Shown piece by piece: positions 35,936 through 46,577 of a stretch of DNA of 64,000 nucleotides. Each line of letters starts with the position of its first letter. Position 1 is the stretch's first letter. This DNA comes from an uncultured Bacteroidota bacterium (lineage in GTDB: Bacteria > Bacteroidota > Ignavibacteria > UBA10030 > UBA6906): positions 1,792,001-1,856,000 of the forward strand of contig CAVOYH010000003.1 of assembly GCA_963700635.1 (NCBI GenBank). The letters run 5' to 3'. A program made the position numbers and the translations under genes. The notes beneath the pieces were generated by a model, which made no database searches, was not told the DNA's origin, and saw only the letters and a program-made list of their open reading frames with translations.

Positions 35936-37264
35936 GTGAACACGTCCGACAACGAGCGCAGCCGGTTGAAGGAGCGGTGGGAGAATGCGGACACGATGAT
36001 CCGGACGTGGTGGGACGCGGATACCCGGCGGGCCAGCGAGGCCGAAGTCCGCGATCCTGCCGCCAACGCGGTCTGGTTCACGGATGATGACCACCGCGCC
36101 ATGGAGGAAACCGGACCAGCCAGGGACGAACACACCCTGCTGTTTCTCCCGTTTCCCTACATTTCTGCCGGCGGGAGCGAAGCAGCGTTTCCGGAGATGT
36201 ACTGCTGGGATATTCATTTCATCAACATGGCCCTGCTGCTGCACGACCGGCGCGACCTCATTCGTAATCACATTCTCAACCATCTCTTCCAGATCGAGCG
36301 CTTCGGCATGGTTCTGACCGGAAACCGGACGTACTATCGCACCCGTTCACAGACACCGCTCCTGGCCGACAGCATACGTCTGTACTGTGAGGACCAGATC
36401 GATGTCGACCTGGTGATGACTTCGTACCCGAGGCTGGTGAAGGAGTACCGTGAATACTGGAATGCCCCGCATCATCAGACACCCACCGGGTTGGCGACCA
36501 ACCGTGATCTGGGGGACCCCCGGCTCCGTCCGGAACTTGCTGCTGAGGCAGAGTCGCTCGATTTCACACCCTGCTACGGCGGGGATATTCGTTCCTGCGT
36601 CCCCCTGCAACTCAACTGTGCCCTGGTCCGTTATGCCGACAACCTCGCATGGATGGCAGAAGTTCTGCGGCTTCCGGATGAGGCCGAGGTCTGGACGCGG
36701 CTCGCAGCACGGAGACGGGAGCTGATCCGGGAGCTTTGCTGGGATAGCAGGGAAGGATTTTTCTTCGAATACCAGTTTGTCCGCGGCGAACGGCTTCCGT
36801 ATTGGTCTCTGGGAGCATACTGGACGCTGTGGGCGGGTGTCGCGACGCAGTCGCAGGCGGCGCAGCTCGCCAGGCATCGCACGCGCTTCCTGCACCAGGG
36901 CGGTCTCGCGCAAACTGACGTTGCCTATCCCAGTCCCCATCCGGAATTCACCTGGCTCCAATGGGGGTATCCGTCTGCCTGGCCCCCGAGCCAGATGATC
37001 GTCGTCGAGGGACTTGACCGGTACGGGTTCCGTGCGGAAGCGGAAGATGTTGCGCTCCGGTATCTGAACTGCATGCTCACGGAGTATGACCGGACTGGGA
37101 AGTTCTGGGAGAAGTATAATGCTGTTGAGGGGACATCGTCTCTCCCACGCGAACGCACGCCCTGTGTGCCACTTCACGGGTGGACGACTGCATCGGCCGT
37201 ATGGCTTGGCCATCGCCTGTACAACACACCCGCACCGTCTCTCGCCAAGGGAGGAGAAGCATGA
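35936..37264 (+). CDS. Trehalase-family (GH37-like) glycosidase, no signal peptide
   Basis: FPEMYCWD, GNRTYYRTRSQTP, AEAESLDFT, LNCAL, QWGYPSAWPP, FWEKYN, HGWT. Confidence 0.85.
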   Translation: MNTSDNERSRLKERWENADTMIRTWWDADTRRASEAEVRDPAANAVWFTDDDHRAMEETGPARDEHTLLFLPFPYISAGGSEAAFPEMYCWDIHFINMALLLHDRRDLIRNHILNHLFQIERFGMVLTGNRTYYRTRSQTPLLADSIRLYCEDQIDVDLVMTSYPRLVKEYREYWNAPHHQTPTGLATNRDLGDPRLRPELAAEAESLDFTPCYGGDIRSCVPLQLNCALVRYADNLAWMAEVLRLPDEAEVWTRLAARRRELIRELCWDSREGFFFEYQFVRGERLPYWSLGAYWTLWAGVATQSQAAQLARHRTRFLHQGGLAQTDVAYPSPHPEFTWLQWGYPSAWPPSQMIVVEGLDRYGFRAEAEDVALRYLNCMLTEYDRTGKFWEKYNAVEGTSSLPRERTPCVPLHGWTTASAVWLGHRLYNTPAPSLAKGGEA

Positions 37265-39052
37265 ACGGAGTCACATGTCTTCTTTCGTTGTTCCTCATTG
37301 CAGGAGCGGCGCTCGCGGCTCCGCCGGACACCCCGGCATCGGGGTTTGCCGAACGGCGGGCCAGAATTCTGGAGGTGGCCGCAGCAGAGTCGGAGTACAA
37401 CATTATGACCATTCTGGCGAAGCTGCACACACGTCGTGATCTTCCTCATGCATATACCATGCTTGATTCGATGACCCGGGATCAGGCCATGGGTGGGATG
37501 TTCTTCGCGTACAGCATGATCGGTCTGTACCTGCACACGCGCGACATCCTGCCCGACTCACTGCACAGGAGCATCCGGGAGGCTTACCGCGTTCGTACAA
37601 TGTACCGCGGCGATACGGAGAACCACTGGGTGATGTATTACATCGGTCTCTACCTTGCAGCCCAGACTTGGCCAGGGGAGGACGGGACGCGGTGGTTCAA
37701 CGGAAAGAGCTCCGACGAGAACTTTGCCGAGGCTGATGGATGGCTCCGGCACTGGATCACCCAGACGACGACCGCCGGCCAGGGCGAATTCGACTCCCCG
37801 ACATACATGACGGTTTTCCTCTGCCCCGTCATCCTTCTGCAGCAGTTCGCCGCCGACAGCTCGATGCGGACGCTGGCACAGATGATGACGGATCTCCTTT
37901 TGGCCGACTTCGCTGCTGAACACCTTGAAGGAAACTACGGGGGAGGGCACAGCCGGGACTATCCTGACGACATCGTGAATCCCCTCTCGGCACCCAGCAC
38001 CATGTGGGCATGGCTGTACTTCGGCTATCCAAAGTTTGAGCTCTGGGACCAGGTCCGCTACCGGCCGCGGCACCGGGGTTCGTGGGAGTCCGTGTTCGGG
38101 GCGGTCAGCTCCTATCGCCTCCCCGACATCATCCATACCATGGCCGTCAAGCGGGACTCCCCGTATGTACACAGGGAATTGAAACGGGTACGGAATATCA
38201 TCCGGTTCGGTGATGTGATGAACCCGCCGGTGTACAAGTACACCTTCATGACCCGGCGCTATGTTCTCGGATCGCTCCAGGGCGGCATCCTGCAGCCCAT
38301 CCAGCAGCACACCTGGGATGTGACCTACCCGTCTCCGCGGACGCACAACACGCTCTTCTCACTGCATCCGTTTTCTTCCGGCCGCGAGCTCGCGATGTTT
38401 TTCCCCGAAGAACAAAAGTTCCTTGCGGCAGAAGTGGACCGATACCATCTTGTTTACACCAATCCGGATAAGTGGAATTCCAGTTCGCCGTACGAACAGA
38501 CATTTCAACACAGGGATGCAATTGTCGTGCTCTACGACATTGCACCGGGTGTGCGCCACTCTCACGCCGACGCCTTCTTTCCGAAAACCCTCGACGAACG
38601 CCGGACTGATTCATCCGGGTGGATCTTCTGTCAGGAATGAGAACGTCTACATCGGCGTATTTCCACTGGGGCCGGGAACCTGGATCGAAGAGGACGTATG
38701 CTGGCGCTGGCGGAGTTCTTCGCTCCGCACAGGCGTGGTCGTCGAGGTGGCATCGGACGACGATTATGCTTCGTTCGCTGCCTTCCAGGACGACCTGCGC
38801 CGGAGGGTTCCTGACACAACCCGGTTCACCCGGACTGCCGCCGTCGCATTTGTGACGAGGGCGGGCGACACGATGGAGTTTGCGTATGGCGGTGAGAGGA
38901 TTCTGAATGGACATCCGGTCGATGGTAAGGGTTATCCGTTGTTCGATGGTCCCTGGATTCAGAGCGTTGCGGGGAGCGGAGTGATCCGGCTGACGGATGG
39001 AAGCCATGAACGGATCCTGGATTTCAGGACCATCACGATGGAGGACCGCTGA
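37261..39052 (+). CDS. Secreted uncharacterised protein (family B), paralog of 41107..42930; +1 frameshift near 38638
   Basis: RBS GGAGGAG, ATG 37261, signal peptide. Removing one base in CAGGAA-T-GAGAAC gives GWIFCQEENVYIGVFPL, matching the paralog GWILCKAGNTYVGWYPL; about 596 aa. Confidence 0.78.
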
Positions 39053-40067
39053 ATGTTCGTGTGCCGCTCATCCCTGCAATCAGTCGCGATGATTCTGCTG
39101 GGCCTGCAGGCGGCTGCTTGTGCCGGCCAGCCGCGCCCTGCGGATTCGACACGTCTCCACGCCGCCGTGTACATGGTCCGCGGGAGCGTCTCCGGTTCCA
39201 ATGTCGGCACGTTCGGGCCGTTTGTCCTCGGAGCGGACAGCGCCTGGCGACGTCTGTCCCTCTCGAATGTCATCTCGTGCGGACTTGATATGGACAGGGC
39301 GGGAACGGGAAAGCGGCTGTATCTGGCTGCGGGAAACGGCGTGCACCGGTCGACGGATGGTGGATCGACATGGCGGGTTCTGACGGGGTGGAGGACAATG
39401 GAAATCCTGACCGTGCTGCCGGACATGGTCGATTCGGCGACCATCTACGCGTCGACGCCGTGGGGAGTGTTCAAGAGCCAGGATGACGGGGTTACATGGA
39501 ACGAACGATCGACCGGTTTCCGGCACTGGTATGTCAAACACCTTGGCTTTGATACCCGATCCACATCACGGCTCTATGCCACCGCGGAAGATGACCTGTA
39601 TGTCTCGGACGATGGAGCGGAGCACTGGCGTCCGATGGGTGTCGGGGGAGGGAGCGTTCTCGCGTTTTTCCAACATCCGGTGAACCCGATGGTGCTCGTC
39701 GCCAGTACGGAAGATCGGGGCATCTTCCGGTCCACCAATCGGGGGGAGACATGGACGCCTGCAACCAGCCCCGGCCATTCGCCGATCTATGTGTTCGCAG
39801 GCTCACCGGACGGGCGTGCGCTCTACGCTTCCGGCTGGGAGACAGGAATCTGGCAGAGCACCGATGATGGAGCGACCTGGGAAACGCTCTGGAACTCCCC
39901 CGGGATCCAGGCAATCTTCTGTCTGCTCGTCGATCCGCCGCAATCCGGATTTCCTGTATGCGGGGACGGATGGGAATGGCGTGTTCGCTTCGTCGGACCG
40001 TGGTGCGACGTGGCGCTGTATCGGGTTACAGGGGGGAAAGATCAAACAGCTGCTGTTCTATCCATAA
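39053..40067 (+). CDS. Secreted BNR/Asp-box beta-propeller protein 2; +1 frameshift near 39938
   Basis: Asp boxes STDGGSTW, SQDDGVTW, SDDGAEHW, STNRGETW, STDDGATW. The frame switches at GATCCG-C-CGCAAT to RNPDFLYAGTDGNGVFASSDRGATW; stop at 40067. Confidence 0.8.
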
Positions 40068-40079
40068 CGAGATCGCTCT

Positions 40080-41092
40080 ATGAAACTACTCTCCAGACCG
40101 GGCCTCCCTCTGCTGCTGGCAGCGGCGCTGCTGCTGCCTGCATCCCTGGGAGCGCAGGAATCCACCATCTATCTGGCAGTCGTCGCGACAAAAATGTTTG
40201 TCGTCGGTGCCGCCAACCCGCAGACAGGGATCCACTTCCAGCATCCCTCGGCGGACACCACGTGGGATCACACGGGACCCGAACAATACTCGCGCGTTCG
40301 GTGTGGCTGTTCATCCCGGATCCGACCAGAAGGTTCTGTACATCGCGTCGGGAAACGGACTCCAACGATCGGGTGACGGCGGCAAGACCTGGAAGGTCAC
40401 AACCGGATGGAATATCACGGAAGTGCTTGGCGTGACACCCGATCCGCACTCGCCCACCACCGTGTATATTGCCACAGCCTATGGTGTTTACCGCACGACC
40501 GACGGCTGTGCATCCTGGAAGGAGTGCAACGCGGGGCTCGGCTCAACGTTTGTTCCGAGTGTCATTGCCGATCATCAGAAGGCCGGTGTCCTGTATTGCG
40601 CCACGGAAGACGGAGCGTACAGGAGTACGGACCGGGGGGATTCCTGGCGACGCATGGGGCTCAGCGTCGGTGGTGTGCGAGTGATTGTCCAGCATCCGAC
40701 CAACCCGGACGTCCTTGCCGTCGGAACGGAAGACTTCGGCATCTACATGACCGCCAACGGAGGGAAGTGGTGGACACGCTGCGAAGCGGGGATCGATCAC
40801 CGGACCTTCTACACGATTGCCTTTGACCCGACGGGTCCTGACACCATGTACGCCGGAGGGTACGTGACCGGCGTGTACAAGTCGATTGATGGAGGAAAGC
40901 GGTGGCGGCGCGTCAACAACGGACTCGGTGTCCTCACCTTTCACGCTGTGGCCGTGGACCCGCGGGACAGCGCGTCGGGTGTACGCCGGGGCGTACTGGG
41001 GAGGCGTGTACAGGTCCGATGATGCAGGAGAGTCCTGGAGACAGGTCGGGCTTTCCGATTCACAGGTGTGGACACTCTTCATTCATCCGTAG
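40080..41092 (+). CDS. Secreted BNR/Asp-box beta-propeller protein 3; +1 frameshifts near 40281 and 40972
   Basis: Three consecutive frames rebuild one ~336-aa protein: MKLLSRPG signal...WDHTGP / NNTRAFG...SGDGGKTW...SIDGGKRW...DPRDS / RRVYAGAYWGGVYRSDDAGESW...TLFIHP. Confidence 0.8.
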
Positions 41093-41106
41093 GACATGAG
41101 GACGTT

Positions 41107-42930
41107 ATGACAATTCGAGTGGAAATAATCGTTGCCGTACTCACGCTGTGGTGTATCGGTGCGGTCTCACAAACGCGCGATGAGTATCTGAAAGCATACG
41201 AACAGCGTGCACGGTTCATGACGGAGGTCTATGACACCTCACACGCCGTGTCGACCTCGGTTATCGCGGCGCGCTATGCGCACAACCGTGACATTCCTCT
41301 GGCAGACAGCCTTTTTCGAGAAGCGCTGCGGGAGCCACGGGGCGACATGTTCTGGATGTTTCCCGTGATCGGTGCCTATCTCCATGGAAAAGACAAGATG
41401 TCGCCGGCAACCCGTGCGACCGTGCGGAACGCCTGGAAAACGTACGCGCCATACCGCGGCGATACGGAAAATCACTGGGCCATGTACCACGCATCGCTCT
41501 ATCTGGCGGCAGAACAATGGCCGGACCTTCCCGGGTCGGAATGGTTCAATGGAAAGAGTTCCCGGGAAAACCTCGAAGACACGAAGGAGTATCTCATCCA
41601 CTGGATGAAGATCACGACCACCATCGGCCAGGGTGAGTTCGATTCCCCCGACTACTTCGCGGAATATGCGATTTCCATGAGCCTGCTGGCTGATTTCGCC
41701 CAGGACCCTGCGATGAAGAAACGCGGGACCATGATGATGGACTTCATCATGGCGGATTTCGCGGCAGAGCATCTTGACGGCCAGTACCTCGGCGGGTTCA
41801 GTCGCATTTACCAGCCAGCCGTCTTCAAACCGCTGCTCTCAAATGCTTCCGCGTTTGCCTATCTCTATTTCGGAACAGGCGAACCGGCGGCCGCGGGATG
41901 GGCCCTGCTGCCCGCCCTCGGAGCGTACCGCCTGCCCGAGATACTCTACCACATTGCGACAGACCGTTCGCGTCCGTACGTCCACAAAGAACGCAAGCGT
42001 GTGCGCAACGTGATCCGTTTCGGCCCGGAGAAAAACCCTCCGGTCTACAAGCAGACCTACGTCACGAAAGATTATGGCATCGGATCACTGCAGGGCGGGA
42101 TCCTGCAGCCCATTCAACAGCATACATGGGGCGTTCGCTATACCTACGGCCGCCCGTACACCACCATCTTCGGCCTGCACCCGTACTGGTCGAGCTATGA
42201 GCTCGGGATGTTCTTCCCCGAAGAAATCAAGCCGCTCATTGCGGATGTGGTTGCCTCGAAAGGGACGTACAACAATCCGGACAAGTGGACCGGCGGGTCG
42301 CCGTTTGAACGCACCTTTCAGGAGAAGAACACGCTCCTCGTCCTCTATGATATCGCCCCTGGCACGATGACGGAACATATCGACGGGTTCTTCCCGCGCA
42401 ATCTGGAACAACGGATCGTCGATCCGAGCGGCTGGATCCTCTGCAAGGCGGGAAACACGTATGTCGGCTGGTATCCGCTCCAGGAGTATGAGTGGATCGA
42501 AGAACGTGAAACGACGGGCCAGGAGAAGAACGCGATCGGACGTCCGGAGGACCTCCCCCGGGCGCAGGAAACCGGCAACTGGCGTCTGCGGAGCCACAAG
42601 CTGCAGAACGGGTATGTCATCGAAGTCCGTTCGGAATCGGAGGTGGGATCATTCGAGAAATTCAGCGCCGCCCTCCGGAAACATGTTCCGAAGGCGACGC
42701 TGGTTCCGGGGAATGTTACGGTGAGCTACACCGCGCTCGGGGGCGACCGCATGACGTTCGGCTTCCCCGACCGGCGCACGCTGAACGGGGTTGCCGTAGA
42801 CCTCGCGAAGACCAGGCTTTTCGAAGGACCTTTCCTGAACGCGGATGTGGGAAGCGAGAAACTTGTGATGACCTACAAGACGAGAACCCGTACTCTCGAT
42901 TTCAAGAACCTGACGATTACGGAGCGCTGA
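41107..42930 (+). CDS. Secreted uncharacterised protein (family B), intact paralog
   Basis: ATG 41107, signal peptide; YRGDTENHW, WFNGKSS, GQGEFDSPDY, ADFAAEHL, GSLQGGILQPIQQHTW and MFFPEE shared with 37261..39052. Confidence 0.8.
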   Translation: MTIRVEIIVAVLTLWCIGAVSQTRDEYLKAYEQRARFMTEVYDTSHAVSTSVIAARYAHNRDIPLADSLFREALREPRGDMFWMFPVIGAYLHGKDKMSPATRATVRNAWKTYAPYRGDTENHWAMYHASLYLAAEQWPDLPGSEWFNGKSSRENLEDTKEYLIHWMKITTTIGQGEFDSPDYFAEYAISMSLLADFAQDPAMKKRGTMMMDFIMADFAAEHLDGQYLGGFSRIYQPAVFKPLLSNASAFAYLYFGTGEPAAAGWALLPALGAYRLPEILYHIATDRSRPYVHKERKRVRNVIRFGPEKNPPVYKQTYVTKDYGIGSLQGGILQPIQQHTWGVRYTYGRPYTTIFGLHPYWSSYELGMFFPEEIKPLIADVVASKGTYNNPDKWTGGSPFERTFQEKNTLLVLYDIAPGTMTEHIDGFFPRNLEQRIVDPSGWILCKAGNTYVGWYPLQEYEWIEERETTGQEKNAIGRPEDLPRAQETGNWRLRSHKLQNGYVIEVRSESEVGSFEKFSAALRKHVPKATLVPGNVTVSYTALGGDRMTFGFPDRRTLNGVAVDLAKTRLFEGPFLNADVGSEKLVMTYKTRTRTLDFKNLTITER

Positions 42931-43871
42931 TGAAACGTTCGGCCCGGCCCGATGTCGTTCTTGCCGGCCTGGCAGTGGTAGACGTGATCGGACGTCCGGT
43001 CGATCTCGCACGCCTGCCGCGTGCGGGCGGGCTCCAGCTTCTCCAGTCGGTTACCCTGACGACGGGTGGAAACGTTTCGAACTGCGGGATCGACCTGGCC
43101 AAACTCGGTTTCCATGTCGCGGCGATTACCCGCATTGGAGACGATACTCTCGGCGAATTTGTGCGAAGAGAGTACATCCGCCACACGGTAGACACCGCCG
43201 GCGTGGTCATCGACCGCCGCGACCAGACGTCCGCGACGCTGGTGGCCGTCGACGGGACCGGCGAGCGCACCTTCCTCCACACAAGGGGATGTCTGCGCAA
43301 CTTCAGGGTAGCGGATGTTCTCGCAAATCTTCCACTGATCCGGCGCTCGCGCCTGTTCGCATTCGGCTACCTGGGGCTCCTGCCCGAAAGTGAACCCCAT
43401 CTTCCACGTCTGTTCCGGACGATCAAGCAGTCGACGCGCGTGACGACGCTTCTTGACACGGGAGGGAACCCCCGGCGGCAGCCGGCCCTGCTTCGAACAC
43501 TCCTGCCGTTCGTTGATATCTTCATCCCCAGTCTGGAAGAGGCGAAAACGATCACTGGTGCGCGAACGCCGGAGGCCATCGTGCGACGACTCCGCGACTG
43601 GGGTGCGCCCGGAGTTCTCGGCGTCAAACTGGGTGCAGAGGGATGTTACGTGAGCGACGGAACCGTCGCAGCGTATGTCCCTCCGGTCAAGGTCCGCACC
43701 GTGGTGGACGCAACAGGCGCGGGAGATGCGTTCGTGGCTGGTTTCATTGCAGCGACGCTGAAAGGATATGCTCCTCGTGCGGCGGCCCGTCTCGCCAATG
43801 CGGTTGCTTCCAGCTGTGTCACGGCCGTGGGTGCATCCACCGCGATTCAATCATTCAGGCACTACCAATGA
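42930..43871 (+). CDS. PfkB-family carbohydrate kinase
   Basis: GGNVSN...LAKLG, IGDD.LG, GERTF, PSLEEA, VKLGAEG, VVDATGAGDAFVAG. Confidence 0.92.
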   Translation: MKRSARPDVVLAGLAVVDVIGRPVDLARLPRAGGLQLLQSVTLTTGGNVSNCGIDLAKLGFHVAAITRIGDDTLGEFVRREYIRHTVDTAGVVIDRRDQTSATLVAVDGTGERTFLHTRGCLRNFRVADVLANLPLIRRSRLFAFGYLGLLPESEPHLPRLFRTIKQSTRVTTLLDTGGNPRRQPALLRTLLPFVDIFIPSLEEAKTITGARTPEAIVRRLRDWGAPGVLGVKLGAEGCYVSDGTVAAYVPPVKVRTVVDATGAGDAFVAGFIAATLKGYAPRAAARLANAVASSCVTAVGASTAIQSFRHYQ

Positions 43872-46555
43872 CACCGACCTACCATATCGTCTCGCATTCG
43901 CACTGGGACAGGGAGTGGTACAAGACGTTCGAGCAGTTCCGTCCCATGCTCGTCAATATGGTGGACGATCTTATCGACCTTCTCCAGCGTGATCCGACGT
44001 ACCGCTGTTTCACGCTCGACGGGCAGACGGTGATTCTGGAGGACTATCTGGCCGTACGCCCGGAACGGGAAGCACAACTCCGGTCGCTGGTGCGGGAGGG
44101 GAGGCTGGTCATCGGACCGTGGTACATCCTGCCGGACGAATTTCTCGTCAGCGGGGAGGCAACCGTCCGCAATCTCCTGCACGGGCAGGAGGATTCGCGA
44201 CGGTTCGGTGCGAGCATGGATGTCGGATACATCCCTGACAGCTTCGGGCACATTGCGATGATGCCTGCCATCCTGAAGGGGTTCGGCATACCAACGGCAC
44301 TGGTGTACAGGGGATTCGGCGGCGAGCCGGATCAACGATCTTCCGAATATCGGTGGCACGCGCCCGACGGGACGACCTGTCTCATGGTTCACCTGTTCCG
44401 TCACGGTTACAGCGCGGGGTATTTTCATCAGGAGAGCGACGAGGAGATCATTGCACGGTTTCGCGGGCTGAAGGAGGAGGTGGACGGACGGGCTGTGACA
44501 TCGCACCGTCTTATCATGAACGGGGGCGACCACCACTGGCCCGATCCACGCCTTCCTCAGACCCTGGACCTGTTGCGAAAGCACTATGACGGACAGTTCG
44601 TCCACAGCACCGTGCCCGCATACGTCGAGGCCGTACGCAGGGAAGCCGGAGACGTTACTGAGGTCCATGGCGAACTCCGTTTCGGGTACCGATATGCCTT
44701 TGCCGTTCTGGGAGGCGTCTATTCAAGCCGGATGTATCTGAAGCAGGCAAACTGGCGCACGCAATTGCTGCTCCAGCGCTATGCGGAACCGCTCAACTGT
44801 CTGGGGGTCCTGTCCGGCATGCGCAGCCAGCTTCCCCTGGTCCATCATGCATGGCGCACGCTTCTGAAGAACCATCCACACGACAGCATATGTGGCTGCA
44901 GTATCGACCCGGTACATCGCGAAATGATGACGCGTTTCAAGGCCGTGGAAGATATCGGCGCCGGCGTGATCGACGCGGGACTCGAGCAGTTGATACCGCT
45001 TGATGACCGCGAGGCCGGTGACGACCGTCACCTCTATTTTTTCAATCCGTCCGCTTTTGAGCGCACGGAAACGGCTTCCGCCCTGGCGCACTTCTACCTT
45101 CAGGATATTGTCGTGGGTCTCAATCCCGACGTGACGGTCGCCCCCAAACGCAAGCCCGTGAAGGGTTTCGGGTTGTATGACGACAAAGGGGCAGAAGTGC
45201 CCGTGCAGGTGATATCGCGCGCCGAAGAGTATGATATCACGTACTCGAAATACAACTACCCCAGGCAGACCTATGCGGAACGGTTTTCGGTTCTCGTGGA
45301 TGCCAGTGGTATACCACCGATGGGCTACCGGGGGTTTACCGTCAGGAAGAAACCCGCCTTCACGAAATTCCCGAGTCGGCTGAAGAGCAGCCCTCGCTCG
45401 ATCGAGAACGATTTCCTGCGCGTTGCTGTGACGTCACACGGCGAACTTGTGATCACCGATACGTCCATCGGTCGTCAGATCCGCGGCCTTCACGTCTTCG
45501 AGGACACCGGCGATGTCGGTGACGAGTACAACTACTCGTATCCCCGGCGGGACCGGCGGGTGGTTTCGACCAGGGGAAGCGTACGCGTGACCCGTGTCGA
45601 GCGGGGTCCGCTCCGTGTCGCCCTGAAAATCCGGATGGTCATGCGAGTCCCGCGCGAGTGCACGCCGGACCGCCGGGGAAGGTCCACGACACTCGTGGAT
45701 CTGCCAATCACCACTGTTGTCTCCCTGACCGCTTCTTCTCGTGCTGTCTCCTGTGAGACGACGGTGGAAAACACCGCCCGGGATCACCGGCTTCGCGTGC
45801 TCTTTGCGTCCGGCATCAGAACAGAATCAGTCATGGCCGATTCGCCCTTCAGCGTGGTGCGGCGGACGCAGAAGAAGCACAATACCCGTGCATTCACAAT
45901 CGAACATCCCGCTGCAGTCGCACCGATGCAGCGGTTTGTCGCGGTTGCCGACGACCGGACGTCGTTCACGCTTCTGACAGAAGGGCTTCCGGAGTACGAA
46001 CTGCTGCCAGGAGGCAAAGGGACACTTGCCCTTACGCTGCTGCGGTGTGTCGGACTGCTGGCAGGCGAGGATTTGATCACCCGGCCCGGGGGAAAGGCAG
46101 GCTGGCACAATGAGACTCCCGACGCGCAATGCCCGGGAACGCACGTGTTCCGCTATGCACTCCTTCCGATCCCGGCAGAAGAGTTTACAGCCGGCGAGAC
46201 GCTCCTCCGGGAATGTGAACGGTTTCATGTCCCGCTGCTTCCGGTGCGGAGGAAGAACGCCGTACCGGTTCCTCCGGCGGACTCTTTCTTTTCCTGTTCG
46301 AACGAAGCACTCGCCCTCAGTGCGTTCAAGGAAGCGGAAGACGGCCGCGGTGTTATCCTTCGCTTCTCCAACACGTGTGAGAGGCCTCTGGAGGCGCGGG
46401 TCCGGTTCCGCAGGCCGGTGGCCAGCGCAGCGCTTGCCCGGCTCGACGAAACGCCGCAGTCGCCCCTGGACATCGAGGGTGGGACGGCGATAGTCCTCTC
46501 AGCAAAACCGTCAGGAATTGTGACGGTGCGACTTACATTCAAGGATACTCCGTGA
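43868..46555 (+). CDS. GH38 alpha-mannosidase family protein (MngB-like), no signal peptide
   Basis: Start ATG 43868 (ATGA overlap); HSHWDREWY, LDGQ, GPWY.LPDE, PDSFGH, NGGDH, SSRMYLK, HPHDSICGCSID, D.GDEYNY, LTLLRCVG. Confidence 0.93.
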   Translation: MTPTYHIVSHSHWDREWYKTFEQFRPMLVNMVDDLIDLLQRDPTYRCFTLDGQTVILEDYLAVRPEREAQLRSLVREGRLVIGPWYILPDEFLVSGEATVRNLLHGQEDSRRFGASMDVGYIPDSFGHIAMMPAILKGFGIPTALVYRGFGGEPDQRSSEYRWHAPDGTTCLMVHLFRHGYSAGYFHQESDEEIIARFRGLKEEVDGRAVTSHRLIMNGGDHHWPDPRLPQTLDLLRKHYDGQFVHSTVPAYVEAVRREAGDVTEVHGELRFGYRYAFAVLGGVYSSRMYLKQANWRTQLLLQRYAEPLNCLGVLSGMRSQLPLVHHAWRTLLKNHPHDSICGCSIDPVHREMMTRFKAVEDIGAGVIDAGLEQLIPLDDREAGDDRHLYFFNPSAFERTETASALAHFYLQDIVVGLNPDVTVAPKRKPVKGFGLYDDKGAEVPVQVISRAEEYDITYSKYNYPRQTYAERFSVLVDASGIPPMGYRGFTVRKKPAFTKFPSRLKSSPRSIENDFLRVAVTSHGELVITDTSIGRQIRGLHVFEDTGDVGDEYNYSYPRRDRRVVSTRGSVRVTRVERGPLRVALKIRMVMRVPRECTPDRRGRSTTLVDLPITTVVSLTASSRAVSCETTVENTARDHRLRVLFASGIRTESVMADSPFSVVRRTQKKHNTRAFTIEHPAAVAPMQRFVAVADDRTSFTLLTEGLPEYELLPGGKGTLALTLLRCVGLLAGEDLITRPGGKAGWHNETPDAQCPGTHVFRYALLPIPAEEFTAGETLLRECERFHVPLLPVRRKNAVPVPPADSFFSCSNEALALSAFKEAEDGRGVILRFSNTCERPLEARVRFRRPVASAALARLDETPQSPLDIEGGTAIVLSAKPSGIVTVRLTFKDTP

Positions 46556-46577
46556 TGAGCGGAAGGGAGACGACGTC

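Noticed and set aside
39940-40435. C-terminal tail of the tracked 460-aa ORF 39053..40435
   Set aside because: It is out-of-frame read-through after the insertion at about 39938. The Asp-box pattern continues in the other frame to 40067.
38630-40980. Programmed ribosomal frameshifting in the BNR/family B block
   Set aside because: No slippery heptamers or shared context, and the intact paralogs (34888, 41107) are continuous.
34888-41092. Asp-box repeats as a DNA repeat array or CRISPR
   Set aside because: The repeats exist only at protein level. There are no identical DNA repeats with spacers and no cas genes.
43643-43867. N-terminal extension of the GH38 ORF
   Set aside because: It overlaps the PfkB gene. 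The GH38 motif starts right after ATG 43868.
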